From Tubulanus polymorphus (lineage: Eukaryota > Animalia > Nemertea): 64,000 bases of DNA. The notes beneath the pieces were generated by a model. That model was given only the letters and a program-made list of their open reading frames with translations. It was not told where the DNA came from and searched no databases. Both the position numbers and the translations under genes were made by a program. Every line of letters begins with the position of its first letter. Within the stretch, counting starts at the first letter, position 1. This document shows positions 1 to 12,400 of the stretch, piece after piece. The DNA is taken from the NCBI RefSeq assembly GCF_964204645.1, contig NC_134030.1:1347355-1411354 (forward strand), in the 5' to 3' direction.

Positions 1-856
1 CAGTTTTTGGGTTAGATCGCTGTTTTTGGGTTAGATCGCTGTTTTTGGGTTAAATTGCTGTTTTTGTGTTGGATCATTGTTTTTTGTGTTAGATCATTGT
101 TTTTGGGTTAGATCGATGTTTTTGTGTTAGATCGCATTTTTGTGTTAGATCACTGGTTTTTTGTTAGATTGCAGTTTTTAGGTTAGATCGCTGTTTTTGA
201 GTTAGATCGCTGTTTTGTGTTAGATCGCCGTTTTGTGTTAGATCGCCGTTTTTAGGTTAGATTGCTGTTTTTAGGTTAGATCGCTGTTTTTAGGTTAGAT
301 CGCTGTTTTTAGGTTATATCGCAGTTTTTGTGTTAGATCACTGTTTTTGTGTTAGATAGCAGTTTTTAGGTTAGATCGCTGTTTTTGAGTTAAATCGCCT
401 TTTTGGGTTAGATCACAGTTTGTGTTAGATCACAGCTTTTAGGTTAGATTGCTGTTTTTAGGTTAGATCCCTTTTTTTCTTAGATCGCAGTATTTAGGTT
501 AGATCGCTTTTTTTGGATTAGATCGCTGTTTTTGGGTTAGATCGCAGTTATTGTGTTAGATCGCAGTTTTTTGTTAGATCGCTGTTTTTGGGTTAGACTG
601 CAGTGTTTAGGTTAGATTGCAGTTTTTGGGTTAGAACACTGTTTTTCTGTTAGATCGCAGTTTTTTGTTAGATCGCTGTTTTAGGTTGGATCGCTGTTTT
701 AGGTTAGATCGCAGTTTTTTGTTAGGTCGCTGTTTTTGGGTTAGAAAGCTGTTTTTGTGTTAGATTGGTGTTTTTAGGTTAGATCGCTATTTTTGTGTAA
801 GATCGCTGTTTTTGGGTTAGATCGCTGTTTTTGGGTTAGATCGCTGTCTTTGTGTT
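1..856. repeat. 18-19 bp minisatellite (GTTAGATCGCTGTTTTTGG), truncated by window edge
   Basis: Degenerate tandem GTTAGATCGC(A/T)GTTTT units; same array is complete at 33700-36220. Confidence 0.95.
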
Positions 857-906
857 TTTGTCAATCATCATATCAAGATTTGCAATCCCAGTTGCCTTCA
901 AGTTTC

Positions 907-2140
907 ATATAGAGAATTAGTGGATGTGGTGTCCCTGGACCCCTACATGCACCATATAGAGAATTAGTGGATGTGGTGTCCCTGGACCCCTACATGCACC
1001 ATATAGAGAATTAGTGGATGTGGTGTCCCTGGACCCCTACATGCATCATATAGAGAATTAGTGGATGTGGTGTCCCTGGACCCCTACATGCACCATATAG
1101 AGAATTAGTGGATGTGGTGTCCCTGGACCCCTACATGCACCATATAGAGAATTAGTGGATGTGGTGTCCCTGGACCCCTACATGCACCATATAGAGAATT
1201 AGTGGATGTGGTGTCCCTGGACCCCTACATGCACCATATAGAGAATTAGTGGATGTGGTGTCCCTGGACCCCTACATGCACCATATAGAGAATTAGTGGA
1301 TGTGGTGTCCCTGGACCCCTACATGCACCATATAGAGAATTAGTGGATGTGGTGTCCCTGGACCCCTACATGCACCATATAGAGAATTAGTGGATGTGGT
1401 GTCCCTGGACCCCTACATGCACCATATAGAGAATTAGTGGATGTGGTGTCCCTGGACCCCTACATGCACCATATAGAGAATTAGTGGATGTGGTGTCCCT
1501 GGACCCCTACATGCACCATATAGAGAATTAGTGGATGTGGTGTCCCTGGACCCCTACATGCATCATATAGAGAATTAGTGGATGTGGTGTCCCTGGACCC
1601 CTACATGCACCATATAGAGAATTAGTGGATGTGGTGTCCCTGGACCCCTACATGCACCATATAGAGAATTAGTGGATGTGGTGTCCCTGGACCCCTACAT
1701 GCACCATATAGAGAATTAGTGGATGTGGTGTCCCTGGACCCCTACATGCACCATATAGAGAATTAGTGGATGTGGTGTCCCTGGACCCCTACATGCACCA
1801 TATAGAGAATTAGTGGATGTGGTGTCCCTGGACCCCTACATGCACCATATAGAGAATTAGTGGATGTGGTGTCCCTGGACCCCTACATGCACCATATAGA
1901 GAATTAGTGGATGTGGTGTCCCTGGACCCCTACATGCACCATATAGAGAATAAGTGGATGTGGTGTCCCTGGACCCCTACATGCACCATATAGAGAATTA
2001 GTGGATGTGGTGTCCCTGGACCCCTACATGCTCCATATAGAGAATAAGTGGATGTGGTGTCCCTGGACCCCTACATGCACCATATAGAGAATTAGTGGAT
2101 GTGGTGTCCCTGGACCCCTACATGCATCATATAGAGAATT
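907..2140 (+). repeat. 47-bp minisatellite, ~26 units
   Basis: Unit ATATAGAGAATTAGTGGATGTGGTGTCCCTGGACCCCTACATGCACC, near-identical copies. Confidence 0.97.
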
Positions 2141-2211
2141 ATTTCAATGAACCAGAATAAGACTGACTGATATATTTTCAAATGATTTAATATTTTTACT
2201 TGTTTTTCTAG

Positions 2212-2274
2212 ATGCCAAAAGCCACTAAGAAAACCCGGGGCGCGGGGCCCTCAACATCTAGCCCCTATAATAAA
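2212..2274 (+). CDS. Copy 1 coding exon 1 (MPKATKKTRGAGPSTSSPYNK)
   Basis: ttctag|ATG ... AAA|gtaagt. Confidence 0.8.
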
Positions 2275-3450
2275 GTAAGTACAAATTCACTGCTTCCATG
2301 CTTATTTATTCATCCCATACTTAGTATTTTGTACCCCTGGGTCCAGTTTCACAAAAAGGATTAACGCCTTAATCGATTTAAGATAAACTGAATTAATGAA
2401 GAAATTAAATCGATTTAAGAGTTAAACCTGTTTGTGAAACTAGGCCCTGAATTGCATCTAGAATGAAAAAAAAGAAAAAAAAATATTGAATATAACGTTG
2501 GTGAAATATTTCTGGATCTTTCTGGATTTCTGCTCAATGCATCGTTTAGTAAAATATCGATATTCTCTAAAAGTAAAGATATAAGAATAAAAATATTGTA
2601 TTGAATCGTGATTAGTTACTGTATGCGCTGCTAGTTGTTGCCCAACCCATAGCCTCATTTCTCTCCATTCTAAATTTGCATTGTTTAACATTGTCTGGTC
2701 GCTATGGAAACTATTTATTTAAGTTTCTTTGTTGTATCCATGGCAACAGTAACGTTTAGGTAGTGGCACCAATTATGGGTCCCAACGTTCCCATGGCGAT
2801 ACATGAGAACATTTATCCTATTTTTGACCTTCATGACGTAAGATGGTAGTGAGTCGATGACGTCATTTTCGTCTCACCACTAATGAAAAAAAAAATGAAA
2901 TGAAAAAAAAGGAAAAAATCGTTAGAATTACGTTTATGAAATTTTTCTGGATCGGCTAAATGTATTGTTCCATTAAATATCGACATTCTCTAAAATTATA
3001 GGCATCAATATCAAAATGATGATACAGCAGACTCCGCTTAACTCTGTTCTATTTGGACCATTAATTAACCGAATACCAACTTTTTAAAATTTTAGGATTT
3101 TAACTTTAAGGATCAGAAAATGTGTATGCAATTTCAACCGGGTACCGAGTAGGGTGGCCGAGTCTACTGTAGTCTGCTGCCCCCTCGAATCCATTACCTT
3201 ATTATCTCTCAATTTGCATTGTTTGACCTCGTCTGGTTGCTATGGAAACTATTTAGTTATATCAGGAACGGTTTTTTCGAGGTAACCAGTGGCAACATTT
3301 AACAGGCGTGTCCGTCCTAGAGATAAACTGTCTGATTTCACAGCCACATCCGTCCTGGAGATAAACTGTTAGATAAACTCTGATTTCGCGTCTGTCCTAT
3401 TTCTTGTCATTGTATGAATATGTTTTCTCTTTTATAGGGTACAGCGCAGC

Positions 3451-3487
<37 letters not shown>

Positions 3488-6400
3488 GCAACAACAACAA
3501 CAAAAATTTGATATTTCTATGTCCGGAATAGACGTAAGTTATCGTAAACGCCTGTTTGAAGTCATCATTCTTGAGCTTGAAACCGAAATTTATATTATAG
3601 AATATTAAACCCTGCTTCTGCTACTGACAGGTAATGTCCGTCATACATTACTGCATCGTCAAATCTATACCAGGGTGCACCCAGGCAGATCGTTCGCATC
3701 ATCACATGCAAAGGGCTGATTATTTTGGAACCCAGTTTTTATCAGCTGGAACATTCTGCACATTCGACCATATTGATTGATAGCCCGTTATAGACGAGTG
3801 GAGAAAAACTGAAAAACCAGTTCGGAAAAACTTCGATTGATTTCACTCACATTTACAGAAATTTGGTCCGACCCCAAAACCATTTACTTACACTATACAA
3901 ATCAGATCAGGTTTTTAACATTGTCTTTGATTGTATTTTCAGTTTTTACCGACAACGCCGCCCAGTGGTGTTTCGACGCCGGTAAGTGATAACTATTTTC
4001 TAATAAATCACGCTTATTTCAATTTGTAATTTGAAAATAGAGGGTAGTAGCTGTTATGTATAAATTATGCTAATTAGGAATAAATTCAAATTCGATTAAG
4101 TCTCATCATCGTAGAAGTCATATATTAATGATGCTATCTCTAAAGTTGTCATTTAAATTAAGTGTTATATTTACTACTTCATTTGCTTCATGACCCAAAA
4201 ACCTCTACTATATAGCTACTGGTTTTGTTCTAATCTTGGAGAATTTGCTGCAAAATTTACTTATCATTTGTTAAACAGTTTTTATTGAAAACCTGAATCA
4301 GTGATACATGCATTCATGAATATCCATCTAATATTTTGTTTTATTTTATCTTTACAGGATTTATCACCGATACAGCACGTGGACGTAAGAGATTAAACAT
4401 TGATCTTGAATTTTAAGTTCAAACTAATTTATTTTTTATCTCACTCGGGACTATAGTTATTGCGTTCACTTTGCGTCCAGTTGTCTCGGGTAGTTTTTGA
4501 TTTATCGTGTTGATAATTGGTTTATATACTCAAACTCAAAATATCGGCGCAATTGGAATTAAGATGGCGCACTTGTATGTCCATTTTTTTCCCCGGCAAA
4601 ATTAGCACTTTAGCAGATTTTAAGGATCAATTCTGTTGTTATATTACATTGAAATCAGAGTTTAATATATATCGGTATAGAGCAGATTTTTGCTCTAGTT
4701 ATAAATAAAGTTATAAATAATCTCATGACATGTTCTGTATATGTGTAGTGAGTTTCAATGTCTTTGGTTCCTTTTAAACCAGGGGGAGTTAAATTTGAAA
4801 ATGTCAGATCGTCGAGCATTTCAGACCGCATCCAAAGTGGGTCCCTGCACCCCTAGTTATACCGTTAATATTTTAATAATACATTAATATTTTTATTTGA
4901 TAGAATATATTGATATACCATACATTGATATCGGTCTTGTAATTGGATCAACAACCATGAGATCAAAACACAGCAAATATGAACCTGCTGTGAATCAATA
5001 GATTTGTGATAAATGTAATGAAATTGTTATTTTTCATATTGACTTTTTGAGTTAAGGGTCTGTTGTATAAGAGTCTTTGGTCTCGCGTGTCAATGTATGA
5101 TATCAATCTGTTGTATTTCCTCGTTCCAATGTTTAAAAGGTGTTCGTCACCTTATATTAATAAACTACTTTAACCGTTAGATGGCGCCATAAGTGTGATA
5201 TTTGATTTATGGGATACCCGCAAAACCAGCTATTCCACCAGATGGCGCAACGAGTAGTAGGTCGTTCGTTGTCAAAATTAGTTCATTTTCGATGAACTTT
5301 GAACTGGTTTGAAGAAGAAATACTTTCATTCTTCTACTCTGATATCGATTTAGTTTTCATTAATAATTGATTCATTTAAGAGAACAATTCATTCAGATTT
5401 AATTGAAATGTACAAGAAAATCGAACGCAGACGACCAACTATTTACTAGCGACACCTGGTGGATCCTCGCCTGCCATAAGTGGAATCCTCGATTGCCACA
5501 GTAAGACTGCGGGTATCCCATTGTTTGGCGTGTGAAGTAAAGTAAAGTTAGAAAACGGATGTTTAACTTTGTTGTGAAACGAAAGCGTTTTGGAGATTTT
5601 TAAACCAATCAAATCAATATTTTGATATTACGCTTGAAACCCTTCTCACTCATATTCTACTTACTAAGTATATATTCTTGTTTCTGTGGAAATCATGGTG
5701 AGTGGCGCCATCTATACAGTGGAGTTAGCTTTATAAATCGAGCTTGCTTCGACAAGTGGCTCCATCTATTCCCTAATACTGAAGCGAGGTAACCAGCAGC
5801 GCCCTCATATACAGGAAATGAACGCCTATCAAGTTTAACAATGCACGGTGTATTGACCACAGCGACCGGTGATAATTATATCAATGTTGATTAGCTATTG
5901 CCATAGACAGGTCCGTAGCGTTTGACTGGACCAGAACGGGGCCCCCTAACCAAAACAAATTTTGAAAACGTGCCCAGATAAATTGCCTCTGGGAGATTGA
6001 TTTAACGAGGTTTTGATTAAATGAACAAATTTTAATATTTGTAAGTTTAACATTTCTGTTTTTAATTTTTCTTTGCGAGGAACTGAATTTTCGAACCCCC
6101 CCGAACCGCCTCAAGCTATGTTCCTGATATAGTGCTAGCTATACCTGAATACTTTTCTCTTATTGAAATTGTCTAAAAAACCAGCACCTTGAACTAATGA
6201 ACGTCATAATGAAAATGTTTAAAAATTCAACCGTTAATGAATTTGACTAATGTATTTTTTTTATTTTCATTTCTAGCGTCAGTTTGCCTCAGAGGCAAGG
6301 TCGCCGTCGCTTAATGTAAGTATCAGTGACGCCCTCAATCTCACATGCCTCACTTCCCTCCTAATGTAACCATTTTTATGAAATTCCTCAAGAAAATATA

Positions 6401-9400
6401 TACTAGTAATCTTAGAATACACGTTTTTGTACCCAGACCCCTTCATTCTACTGAACTACCGTGTAATAAGTGCCTGTTGTGTTCATTTTCTGTTGCATTG
6501 ATTTATATATTATTTCTATTTACAGTTGTCAAACAACAGCAGCAGCAGCAACAGCAGCAGCAGCGCACCCCTCCCGCCGGAGACGCCTCCCGACTTGCAA
6601 GCAAGAAGTAAGTTCAGTCTTCAAATACAATTTCAACGCATTCAATTTTTTGTATGGCGTTAAAACGGTTAAAGTTGTGACTAGTTTTCATAACTCCGTG
6701 ACGTCATATTTCCATCGAGTACCGGACCCTTTCCTATGTTTTTTGCCAATTTGGATTGAATGATCGCCAGCGGTTTTTCTATACGACCCGGCTCTGCTGT
6801 ATTGCATTTAGCCATCCTTTTTCTTGGCGTTTTTTATAAGAAGGTGTTTGATTTTGTCTCTAAGGGATTTAGGAATTTAAGAGACACTTGTACTTTCTAT
6901 GCAGTGAGTTTGTTCTGTTTTTGTTCCCTCGTGAATTTTATTTTTGTTTGAATCAAATCAAATCAGTGCATCTTTCTTGAATTGCGTGTATGTTATAATA
7001 TTATGTAAGTTATAACGTTAAAATATCTGTTATATTTAAACCGAATATTTAATTGTTGTATTTTGAATGCGATAATGCCGCTCCCTGCTAAAGTCCAGCG
7101 TCGTCATCGTGAGGGATGCGGTCATCTGTTCGGGCCCTGATTACGTTCTGTGTTCATCCTGTTGGGCTACATCGGGCGTTATATGAGTTAATCCTTCCTC
7201 GACTTGCGGATTGTGGTCGGAAGATCTATGGGTTCGGGCCGATAAGTCCCGGAAACAGAAAGTACAGTTTCTGCCGATGTGCCCATTGATGTCTCTATTT
7301 CAGAACATCACAGCGGTCGCCGGCTGTACAAGCACGGTCGGCTTCCCAACTCCTTTCTCTGAGGAGGATCGCTGGTTCTCTAGTAACGGTCAGTCACCAG
7401 TCAATCAACGGTTCAGCTGGTTCAGTTTCCCAGGTATCGGCGCGGGACAGTCGGGATACCTGCACAGGAACTCAGGTCCGGTCCGGGCTACTCCGAGCAC
7501 CGGTCCGGTCCAGGCCTCACTGGGTAATGAACATCTGGTCCGGTCCGGGCGGCTTCGAGCACCGGTCCGGTCCAGGCATCACCAGATACTGAACATCCTG
7601 TCCAGTCAGCTCCGTGCACCGGTCCGGTCCAGGCATCACCGGGTACTGAACATCTGGTCCGGTAGCTTCGAGAACTGGTCCGGTCCAGGCATCACCGGAT
7701 ACTGAACATCCTGTCCGGTCAGCTCCGTGCACCGGTCCGGTCCAGGCATCACCGGATACTGAACATCTGGTCCGGTCAGCTTTGAGAACCGGTCCAGGCA
7801 TCACTGGGTACTGAACATCTGGTCCGGTAGCTTCGAGAACTGGTCCGGTCCAGGCATCACTGGGTACTGAACATCTGGTCCGGTAGCTTCGAGAACTGGC
7901 CTGGTCCAGGCATCACCGGGTACTGAACATCTGGTCCGGTCAGCTCTGTGCACCGGTCCGGTCCAGGCATCACCAGTTACTGGTCCGGTCCGGGCAGCTT
8001 TGAGCACCAGTCCATTCCAGGCATCACTGAGTACTGAACATCCAGTCTGGTCCGGTCCAGGCAACACCGGGTACTGATCATCCAGTCCGGTCCGGTCCAG
8101 GCATCACTGGGTACTGAACATCTGCTCCGGTAGCTTCGAGAACTGGTCCGGTCCAGGCATCACCGGGTACTGAACATCTGGTCCGGTAGCTTCGAGAACT
8201 GGTCCGGTCCAGGCATCACCGGGTACTGAACATCTGGTCCGGTAGCTTCGAGAACTGGTCCGGTCCAGGCATCACCGGGTACTGAACATCTGGTCCGGTA
8301 GCTTCGAGAACTGGTCCGGTCCAGGCATCACTGAGTACTGAACATCCAGTCTGGTCCGGTCCAGGCATCACCGGGTACTGATCATCCAGTCCGGTCCGGT
8401 CCAGGCATCACTGGGACTGAACATCCAGTCTGGTCCAGTCCAGGCATCACCGGGTACTGATCATCCAGTCCGGTCCGGTCCAGGCATCACCGGGTACTGA
8501 ACATCCAGTCTGGTCCGGTCCAGGCATCACCGGGTACTGAACATCCAGTCTGGTCCGGTCCAGGCATCACCAGTTACTGAACATCCAGTCCGGTCCGGTC
8601 CAGGCATCACCGGGTTCTGATCATCCAGTCCGGTCCGGTCCAGGCATCACCGGGTACTGAACATCCAGTCCGGTCCGGTCCAGGCATCACTGGGTACTGA
8701 TAATCCAGTCCGGTCCGGTCCAGGCATCACTGGGTACTGAACATCCAGTCTGGTCCGGTCCAGGCATCACCGGGTACTGAACATCCAGTCTGGTCCGGTC
8801 CAGGCATCACTGGGTACTGAACATCCGGTCCGGTCCGGTCCGGTCCAGGCATCACCGGGTACTGAACATCCAGTCCGGTCCAGTCCAGGCATCACCGGGT
8901 ACTGAACAGGGTTCGTCGCGGTGCTTGAAAAGCTTGAAATGGCTTGAATTTGAAAAATACTACTCAAGCGCTTGAAAACAGCTTGAAAATAGATCGAAAG
9001 CTTGAAATAATTATTTTTGACTTGAAATAAAAAGTTATGGCTTGAAATGCTTGATTATCACAAATTTTCTTCTTCACGAATTTTTTTCGATGAAATCGCA
9101 GACAGAATATGTTCTTGAGTTGTTTCTACGCGTGCGTCATGTTTTAGGCATCAATAAAGAAATTAATTGAATTGTATTGAATCGCTATGAGGCTCTTGTG
9201 GTGAAACTCTACGGTGTCTGGAGACATGAACATACGGGGAAATTTCAGTCATGCATGTTATCGAGCATTGATGTAAAATGGCATTGAAATCCCACACCAG
9301 GAGTGAGAGCCATGTTGAAGGCACAGCGACCTAGTCAAAGTCATTGAACATTACAAATTTCGTATTAGGCCATACAAAAATCAAGGTCTGTTTGCCGTCA

Positions 9401-12400
9401 TCCGACCGACCCGACTTCAAAGGTACCCAGTGGAAACTTTTTTCTTGGATTCATTGAAATAAATTGTATTTTTGATACAAATGGCCGACCCACTGCCGAT
9501 GTATGAGCTATGTATGTTTGAAGTTAAGTGTGCATCATGTGAAAACATGCCTCGACTATTTACTTGAAGTTTTCCAGGAAACTGGCAGTGTTCCAATAAG
9601 CTGCCATTCATTCTAAAGCTGGTAATGTTATAGCGTGCATATATTCAATCTACTGTTTCATTTTGAACGCAGATTTCGGATGTTGTTTCCGCTAAAAGTG
9701 GTGATGATAAATTTGTTGTTTTTTTTTGCCCCAAAATTTTGCAAAAAAAATGATGCTACCTTCCTACTGACTTATCCCAAAAATTTTAGTAGGTGTAACG
9801 GCAAAACAGACAATTAATTTGGGATGGCCAAATATCCAAATCTTGATTGATATGAATATTTAAGCTAGGAAATGCTGAAAATCATTGTGATGAACAGGTT
9901 TCATCTCTAACAGAATCGTATCAACTCGGAGGTTCCACTGGAATCAAAATTTTACCTCTTTTTTAACATTTTTATACGAACCTGTTCAAAATAGGCAAAT
10001 TGGCTGCGACTAACGAAAATTGCTTCCAACGTGCCTTAAAAAATAGCTTGAAAATGGTATAAATCTAGCTTGAAATGGCTTGAATTTCACCTGAGCTTGA
10101 GACAATGAACCCTGCTGAACATCTGGTCCGGTCAGCTTCCAGCACCGGTCCGGTCCAGGCATCACCGGTTACTGAACATCCGGTCCGGTCAGCTTCCAGC
10201 ACCGGTCCGGTCCAGGCATCACCGGTTACTGGTCCGGTCCGGGCAGCTTTGAGCACCGGTCCGGTCCAGGCATCACTGAGTACTGAACATCCAGTCCGGT
10301 CCGGTCAGCTCCGAGCACCGGTCCAGGCATCACCAGGTACTGAACATCTGGTCTGGTCCGGGCGGCCTGGCATCAATGTTTCGAATTTAAAACATAGTTA
10401 TCATGGCTCTAGGTTTGGTAGAGGGCGCTCTTCTACCAGATGCAGGAGCGAGGTCACCTTCACGGAGATCGAGATCGAGGGATTATGATTGATTCTGTAG
10501 GAACCATCATCATTCATCAGTTCAGGTCGAGGGACCGCTTAGGAAGTTCACGTCTTTCACGTCGAGGGACCGTTTAGGAAGTTCACATCTTTCACGTCGA
10601 GGGACCGTTTAGGAAGTTCACGTCTTTGACGTCGAGGGACCGTTTAGGAAGTTCACGTCTTTCACGTCGAGGGACCATTTAGGAAGTTCACGTCTTTCAC
10701 GTCGAGGGACCGTTAAGGAAGTCGTCACAATAATCAGGATTTCCGCGATTTCGAAAGTCAGATTTTAAACTTGTTATTGTCATTGTAAGCTACCGCAGTT
10801 ACAGGTAAGCCTATTCTTGATTGCCCGAGACAGGCGTGCAGATATTGTTCCCGACTTAAGTTTTTGGTTGATTTTCTTGTGACTTGTTTGTTTTAGGGGT
10901 GAGATGGATGAGCCTTATTGTTTTTTGACATATATAGGTCATCCAAGATGGCCGCCACAGCCATTACAATGTGTAAAATAGCCATTTTGAAGCTTGTGAC
11001 AACTCTACAATCTACAGTTTCAGACCAATTTGCCAATTACTTATTCTGTGGTTTCATAATGGTAGGAGAATGAGCCTTATTGTTTTTGACATATATAGGT
11101 CATCCAAGATGGCCGCCACAGCCATTTCAATGTGTGAAATAGCCATTTTGAAGCTTGTGACAACTCTACAATCTACAGTTTCAGACCAATTTACCAATTA
11201 CTTATTCTGTGGTTTCATAATGGTAAGAGGATGAGCCTTATTGTTTTTGACATATATAGGTCATCCAAGATGGCCGCCACAGCCATTTCAATGTGTGAAA
11301 TAGCCATTTTGAAGCTTGTTACCGCTCTACGGACTTAAGTTTTAAGCTTAAGACTTAAGATGGCCACCACAGTTATATCAATGTCTTAAATCTTATCCGA
11401 TTTGGAGCTTGTTACTGCTCTAAGATGTAGAGGTTTAGAGGTTTATAATTTCATTCATACTTGTACTGTGGTTTATTTATGGTGGTCAGAGGATGAGACC
11501 TATTACAATTTGCATTCTCTACTTGACTCACTGGTCAAGGGTTAATATCTAGTTTGATAAATGTGATAAGCATGTCGGTGAATCACCCCCCCCCCCGGAC
11601 TCTGATCTCAATGTCTGATGTCAATCGTCAGCAGTTTCAATGGAATGGGCTCGATTAGGTGTGGAACAAGTGGAATCCTCGATTGCCACAGTCGAACCTA
11701 GAGTATTAAGAGCTCAATTAGGTTCTTCTTTGCGTCTCTTCTCCGGTTGGAGTGCTCCAGTTTCCACCGAATGGAGGAAGATTAGAGATGTGCAGATTCA
11801 AGTCCACCATGCGGACTCCGGCTCCGGCTCCGGCAGCTCAAGGTTCAGCCCGAACTCACACAATGCCATCTCAAGCATCCGTACTTTCTCAAGCGGCTAC
11901 TAATGCTGTTTGGAGAACAAGTGCACAGCTCCAACATTCTCGTGCCCCTTCTGGTCAGAATAATTCTAGTTCATATCGGGGAATGCTCCTAAAAGGAGCT
12001 CTTCCTCTCGGAGAAACTCAAAATGAATGCTCGGGGCCAGTGAGAGGTTGTCTATAACGAGCAGCCACCTACTGATCCGGCGTTCCCGGGTCGTATCACG
12101 GCGGCTACTGTCTTCAATTCTGAACACCTCCCGACATGCGCCCGAAAGCAGGTCACGAGACACTAATCTCGTCAGCTCTCAAAGATCTGGCCAAAAAGAG
12201 AGCAATAGAACCAGTACGGGACGAAGCCTCATCCGGCTGGTTTTCATGAATATTTATGCTCCTGAAGACCACAGGGCGTCGATGGACTGTCATTCCTCGA
12301 GCGGCACCTGGATATCCCGAGGCTTCCGATGACTAAAACAGGGAGGTAATTCAAGGTCTCCGCCGAGGTTAATGGGCGGCTTCATTGGACCTGAAAGATG

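Noticed and set aside
907-2140. 47-bp array (and the 46-bp and 63-bp arrays) as CRISPR
   Set aside because: Units are contiguous with no unique spacers, there are no cas genes, and the context is eukaryotic
6345-6763. PolyQ and polyA ORFs
   Set aside because: They run through intron sequence; splice phase puts exon 6 in the third, poly-Ser frame
7517-10488. ORFs with GDAWTGP / PVRS repeats
   Set aside because: Products of the GGTCC tandem array, frequently interrupted
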